A stretch of DNA of 64,000 nucleotides from an uncultured Actinomycetota bacterium (GTDB lineage: Bacteria; Actinomycetota; Actinomycetes; Mycobacteriales; Jatrophihabitantaceae): positions 169 to 64,168 of the forward strand of contig CAWCFH010000008.1 of assembly GCA_963794885.1 (NCBI GenBank), read 5' to 3'. This document shows positions 44,408 to 56,344 of this stretch, piece after piece. A model generated the notes under the pieces. It ran no database searches and was not told where the DNA came from. It saw only the letters and a program-made list of their open reading frames with translations. Position 1 is the stretch's first letter. Each line of letters opens with the position of its first letter. Made by a program: the position numbers and the translations under genes.

Positions 44408-47086
44408 TCAGCCGTTCGAGCGGCGGCGGCGAGATGCTGAGAGGAAGGTGCACGCGCCACCCACCAGGAGCAGCCCGATACCCACACCGAGGATCGTCGC
44501 GGTCGGCACGCCGGTGCTCGCCAGTGGCGGCGGCGGCGTCCGGTGCACGTGCTGGCCCTCGGTGCCGTGGCACTGTGGCTTCGCGCCGAAGGAGTGCGAC
44601 CACGAGGTGCGGCCCTTCAGCGTGTAGCCCGGCAGCGCGGTCGCGACGATCGAGACCGTCGAGCCCGGTGCTGCGTGGTGCGTGCCTGCCGACACCCTCC
44701 GGCCGTTGACCGTGAAGCTGACGCCGGTCACGTTGCCGATCGTGTACGTGGCGCCGCGGGTCTTGCCGGTCACGCACTTGTCGTTGGTGAACGTCGCCCG
44801 CACCACCTTGACCGACTTGACCGAGTTGCAGTTCGGCGTGCCTGGGAAGGTGTGCGTCCAGGACGACGTCCCGACCAGCGTGTATCCGGTCTGCGGTTTG
44901 GCCTCGACCTTGATCGTCGAACCGTCGGTGGCGGTGTACGTACCGGCCTGCGTCAGTACCGAGTCGACGTAGTAGTCGACGCCGGTCGTGTTCGCGATGG
45001 TGTACGTCGCCGAGGACGGCGTGTTGCCGACACACTGGTCATCGCTGAACGTCGGAGTCACCGGCTGCGCACAGCTGGGCGCAGCGTCGAACGTGACCGT
45101 GTACGTCTCGGTCATGTTGTCCAGGATCGTCCAGCCGGCCGGAGCCGTCGTGTCGAACTGGTGGCCCGGCTGTGCCGTGGCAGTCACGACCACCACGTCG
45201 CCGCCCTTGTACGGCCCCGTCGGCGACGCGGTGTAGACCACGCCGTCAGTCGTCGGGAACGTCAGCGTCGGCGGCTCCGGAGTGGTACCCGTCGTCGGGC
45301 AGATCGACTGCGTGAGTGACGGGTTGTCCGGCACGACACAGGCGAAGCCGGCGTCGAAGACGACCTGGTACGTCGCCTTGCTGTCACTGACGCGATCCCA
45401 ACCGGACGGCAGCGCCGTGCCGAACTTGAAGCCGCTGTCAGTAACCGCGGTCACGACGACGGTTTCACCGGCCGTATACGGCGGCTGTTTGTCGGTCGAG
45501 TACGTGACACCGGCGGTGGTAGGCAGGGTCAGCGTCGGCGGCACCGGCGTCGTGCCGGTCGCCGGGCAGGCACCCTGGGTCACCGTCGGCGACTCGGGCG
45601 TGACGGTTCCGCGGCAGTCAGGCGCGGGGTCGAGATGCACGACGAAGGTCTCGGTCGTGTCATCGACTCGCGTCCAACCGCTCGGCGCAGGCGGATCGAA
45701 CTTGAAGTTCGACTGCGCCTTCGCGGTGATCGTCACGTCGTCGCCGGGCTGCCAGCCGTTAGGCGGCGTGGCCGAGTAGTGCACCTGCGGCGTGTCGGTC
45801 CAGGTGATGTCCGGCGTGGTCGGAACGTGCGACCCGGCCGGGCAGACGCTCTGCGTGACGTCGGGGTTCACCGGGTTGGCCGTCGATCGGCAATCCGGAG
45901 CCGCGTCGAAGGTGACCGACTTGGTCGCCGTCTTCGCGGTGTCCAGCGTCCAGCCGCCGGTCAACGGCGTGTCGAAGCGGAACCCGTTCTGCAGCGTCGC
46001 GGTCACCACGACCGTCTCGCCGGGCGAGAACGGCGGCTGCTTGTCAGTGGTGTAGTCGATGCCCGGCGTGTTCGGGAAATCGAGCGTCGGGTTCGACGGC
46101 GTGGTCCCGTTGCAGACCGACTCATGGACGGTCGGACCGGTTGGCGACGTGTTCGTGATGCAATCCGGCGCGGCGTCGAAGGTGATCGACAATGTCTCGG
46201 TCTTCTTGTCCACGAACGTCCACGGGTTGTTCGCGACGTCCTTGAACTCATAACCGGCAGACGCAGCCGCGGTCACGACCACGGTTTCGCCCGCCGAGTA
46301 CGGCGCAGGCTTGTTCACCGAATACGTGATGCCCAAGGTCGAGGCCAGGTTCAGCGTCGGGTTCGTCGGCTGGTGGTTGCCGTCGCACTTGGACTGCGTC
46401 ACCGTCGGCACCACCGGTGTCGTCTCGGTGTTGCAGTCACCGGGCGCCGCGTCGAGCGTGAACGTCCACGATGTCGGTGGGAGCAACGAGAGCGTGCTGC
46501 TCGTCGCCTCGACGGTGTGCTGACCGGCACTGGCCTGGTACGTGCCGCCGTTGCGCTGCTGGTTGTCGATCGTGTAGCTGACGCCGGCGTCCGTGGGGAT
46601 CGTGATGGTCGGCGACACCTGGTTGAAGTTGGCGTCGCACTTGCCGTTGGTCCAGGTCGGAGCAGTCGGCGTGTGCGTGGGCTGGCACGTGCCGCCCAGG
46701 CTCACCGAGCCGCCGTCGGCCTGCGAGTAGTTGTCCGACCAGTGACCCTGAACGTTCAGCGAGGCCGAAGTGACGTTGCCTGCGATACCGGTCTGGGAGA
46801 TGGTCGCCGAATGCCCGGCAACCGAGCTCTTGGCGAGGTTCACTGAGTTCGCGGAGAGCGAGGATCCGCTCGGGGCGTGACTGTTCACGGTCGCGGTCTC
46901 GGTGAGGTCATAGTCGTTCGTGATCGTCCACGTCACCGTGTAGGTGCCGTTGGATTGACACACGCCAGTACCCGAAACAATGTTGCTGTGGGCCGATGCG
47001 GCAGTTGTTCCAAGGAGCTGGACGCCGACGATCAGCAACACGACCGTGCAGCCGCCGGCGATAAGCCGGCGAAGCGCACTGGACAT
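44408..47086 (-). CDS. cell-wall-anchored (LAxTG sortase signal) surface protein with eight tandem Cys-paired Ig-like modules
   Basis: RBS GGGAGGG. Signal peptide 'LIAGGCTVVLLIVGVQLLGTTAASA'. 'LASTG' is encoded at 44510-44524, followed by 'VPTATILGVGIGLLLVGGACTFL' and 'SASRRRRSNG'. Intact 892-aa ORF. Confidence 0.85.
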   Translation of the reverse strand: MSSALRRLIAGGCTVVLLIVGVQLLGTTAASAHSNIVSGTGVCQSNGTYTVTWTITNDYDLTETATVNSHAPSGSSLSANSVNLAKSSVAGHSATISQTGIAGNVTSASLNVQGHWSDNYSQADGGSVSLGGTCQPTHTPTAPTWTNGKCDANFNQVSPTITIPTDAGVSYTIDNQQRNGGTYQASAGQHTVEATSSTLSLLPPTSWTFTLDAAPGDCNTETTPVVPTVTQSKCDGNHQPTNPTLNLASTLGITYSVNKPAPYSAGETVVVTAAASAGYEFKDVANNPWTFVDKKTETLSITFDAAPDCITNTSPTGPTVHESVCNGTTPSNPTLDFPNTPGIDYTTDKQPPFSPGETVVVTATLQNGFRFDTPLTGGWTLDTAKTATKSVTFDAAPDCRSTANPVNPDVTQSVCPAGSHVPTTPDITWTDTPQVHYSATPPNGWQPGDDVTITAKAQSNFKFDPPAPSGWTRVDDTTETFVVHLDPAPDCRGTVTPESPTVTQGACPATGTTPVPPTLTLPTTAGVTYSTDKQPPYTAGETVVVTAVTDSGFKFGTALPSGWDRVSDSKATYQVVFDAGFACVVPDNPSLTQSICPTTGTTPEPPTLTFPTTDGVVYTASPTGPYKGGDVVVVTATAQPGHQFDTTAPAGWTILDNMTETYTVTFDAAPSCAQPVTPTFSDDQCVGNTPSSATYTIANTTGVDYYVDSVLTQAGTYTATDGSTIKVEAKPQTGYTLVGTSSWTHTFPGTPNCNSVKSVKVVRATFTNDKCVTGKTRGATYTIGNVTGVSFTVNGRRVSAGTHHAAPGSTVSIVATALPGYTLKGRTSWSHSFGAKPQCHGTEGQHVHRTPPPPLASTGVPTATILGVGIGLLLVGGACTFLSASRRRRSNG
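44588..46687 (-). repeat. in-frame tandem array of about 8 divergent 80-92-aa modules inside the surface-protein gene
   Basis: Modules open 'DAAPDC..(13-17 aa)..C' and close '..T(x)TF', for example 'DAAPDCITNTSPTGPTVHESVC..GETVVVTATLQNGFRF..KSVTF'. Confidence 0.8.
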
Positions 47087-47144
47087 GCAACCCTCCCTTT
47101 CTCTGGACCCACCGCGGGTTAGGAGCGGGCCGGTAGTGACATTG

Positions 47145-47208
47145 GCGGATTACCGATGTCGGAAGTTTTCGGGCAGTTCCGCGGCGCCCCGAGCTGCGGA
47201 ATTACCGA
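47145..47208. repeat. direct repeat GCGGA(A)TTACCGA x2
   Basis: 'gcggattaccga' at 47145-47156 and 'gcggaattaccga' at 47196-47208, 60-120 bp upstream of the surface-protein ATG. Confidence 0.5.
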
Positions 47209-47254
47209 AAGCTTGCTAGAGAGCGTTTCCCCGAGCCCTCACAACGTTCTCCAG

Positions 47255-47446
47255 TTGTACCTCACAAGAACCAAACATGCCCGGAAGTGCAGTCGATGCG
47301 GAATGGAAAGTGCTCCATTCCGCCCGTGCAATATGGACTTTTGGCTTTCTTGTGGGGCAACTCCACTTTCGGCTCGCGCGTGTGTCCTGATTGCCCTACC
47401 CGCAGAGGTGAAGTCGCGGTGAGACTATGGCTGATTTGTACCTCAC
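47255..47446. repeat. direct repeat TTGTACCTCAC x2, 181 bp apart
   Basis: Exact 11-mers at 47255-47265 and 47436-47446. Confidence 0.5.
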
Positions 47447-47604
47447 GGCAAGTTCACCGGCACGTGTCGAGCAAATCTTGAGCGGATCTGATGTTCTTCC
47501 GAAATGTCGGGGATAAAGCGTCCGATTGCACTGAGTCGATCTTGTTGAGAAATTGAGCTAACCGGGCATTTCTTGTGCCGCAGTTGAGTGAAATTCGGCT
47601 GGCG

Positions 47605-48319
47605 TCAGCCGAGCAGGTCGGGCCGCCGGGCGGCGGTTCGCGCCCGGGATTGCGCGGCGCGCCAGCGAGCGATTTCGCCGTGATTGCCAGAGAGCAGCAC
47701 GGCGGGGACGTCCATCCCTCGCCACGTGGCCGGCTTGGTGTAGGCCGGTGCCTCGAGCAGCCCGTCGGCCCCCGCGGCGAACGAGTCATCGACGGCGGAC
47801 TGGGCATTGCCCAGCACGCCCGGCAGAAGTCGCGCGACCGCCTCGGTCGATCACGAGCACGGCCGCTTCACCACCGGCGAGCACGTAGTCGCCGAGGCTG
47901 ATCTCGTCGACCCGCATGCGGGCCGCGGCGTAGTCGAGCACGCGTGCGTCGATGCCCTCGTACCGCCCGCAGGCGAACAGCAGCCACGGCTCGGTGGCCA
48001 GTTCGGCCGCGACGGCCTGGGTGAACGGCCGTCCGGCGGGGGTCGGCACGATCAACCGCGGCTGCGCATCGGCTGTCGGCGGCGCGAGCTCGTCGAGGGC
48101 GCGGCCCCACGGCTCGGCGCGCATCACCATGCCCGGGCCACCGCCGTACGGGCGTGTCGTCGACCGTGCGGTGCACGTCGTCGGTCCACCGCCGCAGGTC
48201 GTGGATGCCCACCTCGATCTGGCCGCGCTCGATGGCCTTGCCGAGCAGTGACTGCCGCAGCGGCGCGAGGTAGTCGGGGAAGATCGTCACCACGTCGATG
48301 CGCAGCTCCGCGCGGTCAT
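47605..48319 (-). pseudogene. trmD: tRNA (guanine37-N1)-methyltransferase TrmD; three frame breaks as given
   Basis: '[16 protein letters not shown]', 'YGGGPGMVM'-equivalent junction, '[14 protein letters not shown]' and the tail '[26 protein letters not shown]'. The ATG at 48319 overlaps the rimM stop. Switches near 48305, 48135 and 47830. Confidence 0.85.
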
Positions 48320-48836
48320 AGCTCGAACAAACCGTCGGGCGGATCGATGAGCACCCGGCCACCGGCGAGGTCGACGGTCGGCACGATCGCGCGGACGAAC
48401 GGGACGAGCTGCTCCGTGCCGTCGACGTCGAGCACCAGGTAGTCGGCGCCGCCGGCATGCAGCACGTCGCGCACCTCGCCGAGGTCGGCGCCCGTCGACG
48501 GTGCGCGCGGCGAGCCCGACCAGGTCGGTGTCGTAGAAGTCGTCGGGGTCGTCGAGCGGCGGACGGTCGGCAGCGGCAATCAGCAGCTGGACGCCGCGCA
48601 GCGCCTCGGCGCCGGCGCGGTCGTCGACACCGTCGAAGCGCACGACGAGCCTGCCGCCGGCCAGTCGCCATCGCGGCGACGGTGAGCGGGCCGGCCGCCG
48701 CCGGTTCGGTCGCCAGCACCGCACCGACGGCGAAGCGTTCGTCGGGGTCGTCGGTCCACGGCTCGACGAAGGTCTCGCCGCGCACGCCGCGCGGGCGGCC
48801 GATGCGACCGATCGCGAGGATCTCGTCGCTGGCCAC
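48316..48836 (-). pseudogene. rimM: 16S rRNA processing protein RimM; two frame breaks as given
   Basis: '[26 protein letters not shown]', '[22 protein letters not shown]' and '[22 protein letters not shown]'. Switches near 48665 and 48490. Confidence 0.82.
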
Positions 48837-48859
48837 GACGCGCCTACCGTGCGGCGTGC

Positions 48860-49096
48860 TCAGCGACGGTCGACGTCGATGACGTCGACCCGGATGCCCT
48901 TGCCGCCCACGCCGTGGATGACCTGCCGCAGCGCCTTGGCGGTGCGGCCGTTGCGGCCGATCACCCGGCCGAGATCCTCCGGGTGCACGCGGACCTCCGA
49001 GCGCTGCCCGCGCCGGTTGTCGACGAGATCGACTTGCACGTCGTCGGGATGGTCGACGATGCCGCGCACCAGGTGCTCGAGGGCTTCCTCGAGCAC
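48860..49096 (-). CDS. KH-domain RNA-binding protein (Rv2908c-like)
   Basis: 78 aa. '[21 protein letters not shown]'. Confidence 0.88.
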   Translation of the reverse strand: MLEEALEHLVRGIVDHPDDVQVDLVDNRRGQRSEVRVHPEDLGRVIGRNGRTAKALRQVIHGVGGKGIRVDVIDVDRR

Positions 49097-49097
49097 G

Positions 49098-49643
49098 TCA
49101 GCTCTCCGCCGGCGCGTCTGTCGAGGAATCCGACGCGGCGGGTGCCTCCTCGGCCGCGTGCGCTCGGCAGCAGCCTCGGGAGCAGCCTCTGCCGGCGCCT
49201 GCGCTGGTGCGTCAGCCGATGCTTCGGCGGCAGGCGCGGCCTTCTTCGCGGCAGCCTTGGTGGCGCGCTTCTTCGGCGTCGTCGCCTCGCTGCCCGGCTC
49301 GCCGGAAACCTCGGCGAGCGGCGGCGTTGAACAGCGCCTGCTTGTCGGGCTTCGGCTCGGCGACCTTCATCGGCGCCGGGGCCGGCTCGCCCTTGAACTT
49401 CTGCCAGTCGCCGGTGACCTTGAGGATCGCGGCGACAGCCTCGGTCGGCTGCGCGCCGACGCCGAGCCAGTAGGCCGCGCGGTCGCTGTCGACGCGGATG
49501 ACGGACGGGTCGTTCTTCGGGTGGTACTCGCCGATGGTCTCGATCGCGCGGCCGTCGCGCTTGGTGCGGGCGTCGGCGACCACGATGCGGTAGTGCGGTT
49601 CGCGCATCTTGCCCAGGCGCATCAGCTTGATCTTCGTTGCCAC
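49098..49643 (-). pseudogene. rpsP: 30S ribosomal protein S16 with an Ala/Pro/Lys-rich C-terminal extension; two frame breaks in the extension
   Basis: GTG at 49643. '[41 protein letters not shown]'. The tail was reconstructed through switches near 49320 and 49170, to a TGA at 49098-49100. Confidence 0.85.
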
Positions 49644-49872
49644 GAGAGGGGTGCTCCAGTTTCGGTTCGGGTGGACGGACCGAGCCGCCGGGTGGGGTAC
49701 ACCGGGGATCGAGCGTCCGATGGACTGGGCGGGGCGTGGTGAGAGGGTCCAGCTCCGTCCGGTTCTCAACCTTGCATTGTGCCAGATGGAGCGGCGATCT
49801 TCGGGCCACGGCCCTACACTCCCCGCCTGACGGCACCGCACCGACCCACCCGCAGATCGGCGAGGAGAACCG

Positions 49873-50906
49873 ATGACGCGACACGGCCCGGCGAGCCCGG
49901 ACCGCCCGACCCTGGAGGTCGTGGCGGCGCGCGCCGGCGTGTCGCGGGCGACCGCCAGCCGGGTGCTGCGCGGTTCCAGCAACGTCAGCGCGGAGGCCCG
50001 CGAGTCGGTGCTGCGCGCCGCCGACGAGATCTCCTACACCGTCAACCGCGCCGCGCGATCGCTGGTGACGCGGCGCAGCGACACGATCGCGTTCTTCGTC
50101 GCCGAGAACGAAGACCGGATGTTCCACGACCCGTACTTCCTCGGCGTGCTGCGCGGCGCCCAGGCCGAGGCGGCCGCCGCCGGCCTGCAGCTGATCTTCG
50201 CGGTGGCTTCGACCGAGGCCGAGACGCGGCAGTTCACCCACTTCGTCGGCGGTGGCCACGTCGACGGGGTGCTGCTGGTGTCGCTGCACGGCGATGACCG
50301 GCTGGCCGACGCGCTCGAGGCCACCGGGGTGCCCACCGTGATCAACGGCCGCCCGTTCGCCGCCGACACGCCGCTGTTCAGCGTCGACTCGGACAACGTG
50401 GCCGGCGGGCAGCGAGGCGACCGAACTGCTCATCGCGCGCGGCGCGCGGCGGATCGCGACCATCACCGGGCCGCTGGACATGAGCGTCGGCCAGGATCGG
50501 CTGACCGGCTACCGGCGGGTGTTGCGCGCCGCGGCGCCCTCCCAGCCGCGCCCGCTCGTCGCCGAAGGCGACTTCACCGTCGAGGGCGGCTCGGCCGCGA
50601 TGGCCACGCTGCTGGACGAGGACCCGGGCATCGATGCGGTCTTCGCCGCCTCCGACCTGACCGCGCTCGGCGCGATGCAGACCCTCGCCGCACGCGGCCG
50701 GCGGGTGCCCGACGACGTTGCGGTCGTCGGCTTCGACGACGTCCGCGAGGCACGGTTGGCGCACCCGACGCTGACGCACGATCCGCCAGCCGATCGACGA
50801 GCTCGGCCGGACGATGACCCGCGTGCTGGTGTCGCGGATCGGCGGCGACGACATCGCACAGCGGACCGTCCTGCCGGTCGATCTGGTGCGGCGCGAGAGC
50901 GCCTGA
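49873..50906 (+). pseudogene. LacI-family transcriptional regulator (CebR-like); two frame breaks
   Basis: HTH '[34 protein letters not shown]'. The effector domain continues in ORF 50480-50980 and in a third frame ('TIRQPIDELGRTMTRVLVSRI..'). Switches near 50400 and 50775. Confidence 0.8.
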
Positions 50907-51018
50907 CCGCGCAGCCGAAAAGGCTTGCAGCGAACATAACGATTCAGCTCATCGGGCCGAACCGCGGCGAGACCCCTTGACATTTTCCGAGACTCGAACA
51001 AAATCCTCCGTGCACCCA

Positions 51019-51032
51019 TGAGAGCGCTCTCA
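51019..51032. promoter_or_regulatory. perfect 14-bp palindromic LacI-type operator, CebR-box-like
   Basis: 'TGAGAGCGCTCTCA', 68 bp upstream of the solute-binding gene ATG. From memory, the Streptomyces CebR box is TGGGAGCGCTCCCA. A 'ttgaca' lies at 50977-50982 just upstream. Confidence 0.7.
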
Positions 51033-51099
51033 CGACAAAAGGGATCGTCTCGACAATCCGAAACCGGCGCCCGGTGCGGCGCCCCGAGCTGGAGGTCCC

Positions 51100-52508
51100 A
51101 TGGAGCACAGAACAGCGATTGCGATGCGCCTGGCCGCATGCGTCGCCGCGACGACGCTGGTCGTGACGGCGTGCTCGTCGTCAGGCAGCAACACCCCGGA
51201 CTCAACACCGGCGCCGACATCGCAAACGCCTGCCGCAGGGATCGCCGAGCGCGTCCACGGCGGCAGCGAACCCGTGCGGCACCAGTGACCAGATCACGCT
51301 GACCGTCGGCCTGTTCGGGACGTTCGGCTACAAGGAGAACGGGCTGTACGACGCGTACAAGAAGGTCTGCCCGAACATCACGATCAAGGAGGACGACGTC
51401 GAGCAGTCGGCCGACTACTGGACGAAGCTCAAGACCCACCTCGCGTCCAGCAGCGGCCTCGACGACGTGCAGGCGATCGAGATCGGCTTCGTCGCCGATG
51501 TCGTGCAGAACCACGCGAGCCAGTTCGTGAACTTCGCGGCGCTGCCTAACAGCGCTGCGCTCAAGGCGTCGTTCTACCCCTGGAAGTGGCAGCAGGCATC
51601 GACTCCCGACGGCAAGACGACGGTCGGGCTCGGCACCGACGCCGGACCGGAGGCGATCTGCTACCGCCCCGATCTGCTCCGAGGCGGCCGGCCTGCCCAC
51701 CGACCCGCAACGTGCTCGCGCAGAAGTGGGCGACGTGGGACGACTTCATCAACTTCGGCAAGCAGTACGAGGCATCGTCGACCAAACAGGCGAACTCGCA
51801 CTTCGTCGACAGCGCGGCGAGCATCTTCTCCACCGCCGTCTACCAGGGCACGGAGGCCTACGACAACGCCCAGGGCAAGCCTGACGTCGCAGAACAGCGA
51901 CGGCGTGAAGAACGCGTGGAAGTACGCGACCGAAGCTGCCGCGGACAAGATCACCGCGGGCTCTCGCAGTTCACCGACCCGTGGAACAAGGCGTTCTCGT
52001 CCGGTTCGTTCGCCGCGCTGGCGTGCCCGACCTGGATGATGGGTTACATCCAGGGCCAGGCCGGCGCCGGCGGCTCCGGGAAGTGGAACATTGCGCCGGT
52101 GCGTGCCGGGTGGCGCTACCAACTGGGGCGGCTCGTGGCTCGGCGTGCCCACGGCAGCCAAGAACAAGGATGCTGCGATCGCGTTCGTCGCAGTGGGCGA
52201 CCAACAAGGCCCAGCAGGTCACGATGTGGACCGTCGAAGGCGCAGGGTGGCCACTGGCCGTCGAACAAGGACGCCGCCCAGGACCCGCAGCGTGCAGGGC
52301 GCCACGAGTGCGTACTTCAGCAACGCGCAGGTCGGGCAGATCTTCAACAAGATCGCCGGCGAGATGAAGATCCCGCCGATCGGCCTCTACGACACCCAGT
52401 TGCAGAAGGCGTTCACCGACCAGTTGACCAACATCGAGACGAAGGGCACGAGCGCGGCCAGCGCGTGGACGCGCTGCGATCAACCAGGCCAAGCAGATCA
52501 CCGGCTGA
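51100..52508 (+). pseudogene. ABC sugar (cellobiose/cellodextrin-like) solute-binding lipoprotein; about ten frame breaks
   Basis: GGAGG RBS. Lipobox 'LVVTAC|SSSG'. Conserved pieces include 'ITLTVGLFGTFGYKENGLYDAYKK', 'VQAIEIGFVADVV', 'KWATWDDFINFGKQY', 'ACPTWMMGYIQGQAG', 'GGSWLGVPTAAKNKDAAIAF' and 'YFSNAQVGQIFNKIAGE', spread over all three frames. Confidence 0.75.
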
Positions 52509-52601
52509 TCGACGTCAGCGCGTGCCCGGGGCCACCCCCCAGCGGCCCCGGGCACGCGCCCGCGTACCCAGACGCACACTCTCAACCGGAGATCTGACGC
52601 G

Positions 52602-53624
52602 ATGACGCAGACCGTTGCCCCGACCGGAGGCGGCTGCCCCGCCGCCGCCGCCGAGCGCCGGCCGACGCAGGCGCAGCCATCGCGTGCGGCTGCCCGGCCG
52701 CCGCGTCGCGTACGCCTACGTGGCGCCGTTCTTCATCGTGTTCGCGCGCGTTCAGCGTGTACCCGTGGCTGGACACCGCCTGGATCTCGCTGCACAACGT
52801 CAGCCTGTCCACGTACAACCAGCAGGACTGGGTCGGTCTGGCCAACTACCGCAACCTGTTCACCAACGAGTTCTTCTGGAACGCGTTCCGCAACACGATC
52901 ACGATCGGCATCATCTCGACCGTGCCCCAGCTGTGCCTCGCGCTCGGCATCGCGCACCTGCTGAACTACCGGCTGCGTGGCAAGACGTTCTTCCGAGTGG
53001 CGATGCTCATGCCGTACGCCACGAGCCTCGCCGCGGCGACCGTGATCTTCATCGAGCTGTTCGGCTACGACTACGGGTTCATCAACTGGTTCCTGCACGC
53101 GGTGCACCTGCCGCGCATCGACTGGCAGAACTCGAAGTGGCCCGCGCCAGATCGCGGTCGAGCGTCATCGTCACGTGGCGCTGGACCGGCTACAACGCGT
53201 TGATCTACCTCGCCGGCATGCAGACCATCGACCCGGCGCTGTACGAGGCGGCCGCGATCGACGGCGCGTCGCGCTGGAAGCAGTTCCGCTACGTGACGCT
53301 GCCCGGCCTGCGCCCGACGATCCTGTTCACGATCGTCGTCTCGACGATCGGCGCCGCCCAGCTGTTCGGCGAACCGTTGCTGTACGACCCGACCCACCAG
53401 CCCGGCGGCGGAACGGCGAACCAGTACCAGACGCTCGGGCCTGCTGATGTACCAGCAGGGTTGGACGCTACGACCATCTCGGGCTGGCGTCGGCCACGGC
53501 CTGGACGATGTTCGTGATCATCCTGCTGCGCCGTGCTGCTCAACACCACACTGGCCCGTCGCCGCGAGCGGCGCATCGGCGGCGGGTCACCGCTCGACCT
53601 GGCGGCGAAGGTGGAGGTGCACAA

Positions 53625-53628
<4 letters not shown>
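52602..53628 (+). pseudogene. ABC sugar transporter permease (MalF/CebF-like); several frame breaks
   Basis: 'YAYVAPFFIVFA', 'YPWLDTAWISLHNV' and the EAA loop 'EAAAIDGASRWKQFRYVTLPGLRP'. The start is uncertain (ATG 52602 or TTG 52615). The stop overlaps the next start. Confidence 0.75.
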
Positions 53629-56000
<2,372 letters not shown>

Positions 56001-56100
56001 CCGCTGCGCGCACCGGCTGCATCGCGCCGCGCAGCTGTGACGGGGCGCGACGTTCTTCGGCGCGCCTGCGGGTCGCGCAACGTCACTTGCTAGAAAAGGT

Positions 56101-56137
56101 GTGGGCCTCCTCGAAGTATGAGTTCGAGGAGGCCCAC
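56101..56137. terminator. stem-loop between the convergent GH1 and MFS genes
   Basis: Perfect 15-bp arms 'gtgggcctcctcgaa' and 'ttcgaggaggcccac' with a 7-nt loop. On the minus strand it is followed by 'cttttcta'. Confidence 0.65.
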
Positions 56138-56344
56138 GGTCGACTCGACCGTGACACTTCGAGCCTGCACGTGCTCTCCCCGAGACCGCGTCGTCACCCG
56201 CGGTGCCATCGAGTTGCCCCGACGACTCGAGCTCGGTTCTTGCCCGTGCCCGCCGCCCCTTGCGGTTTGGCGTGATGCAATTTCTACCGGCTCTCGTGCA
56301 CGTGTGCAAGAGGCAATATCCCGACCTCCAGTGGAGGTTTATCC

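Larger units (their letters stand above)
47087..47604 (-). other. 0.5-kb non-coding, visibly lower-GC upstream region of the surface-protein gene, carrying repeats and a hairpin
   Basis: No credible ORF. AT-rich stretches such as 'gaaattgagctaacc' and 'gataaagcg' are unusual for this window. Hairpin 47298-47323 has 9-bp arms 'gcggaatgg' and 'ccattccgc'. Confidence 0.6.

Noticed and set aside
47156-47422. 88-aa ORF (and 47287-47481) inside the low-GC leader region.
   Set aside because: It has no RBS and a Cys/Ser-rich, low-complexity composition. Its codon usage is unlike the rest of the window. The region is better explained as non-coding regulatory sequence.
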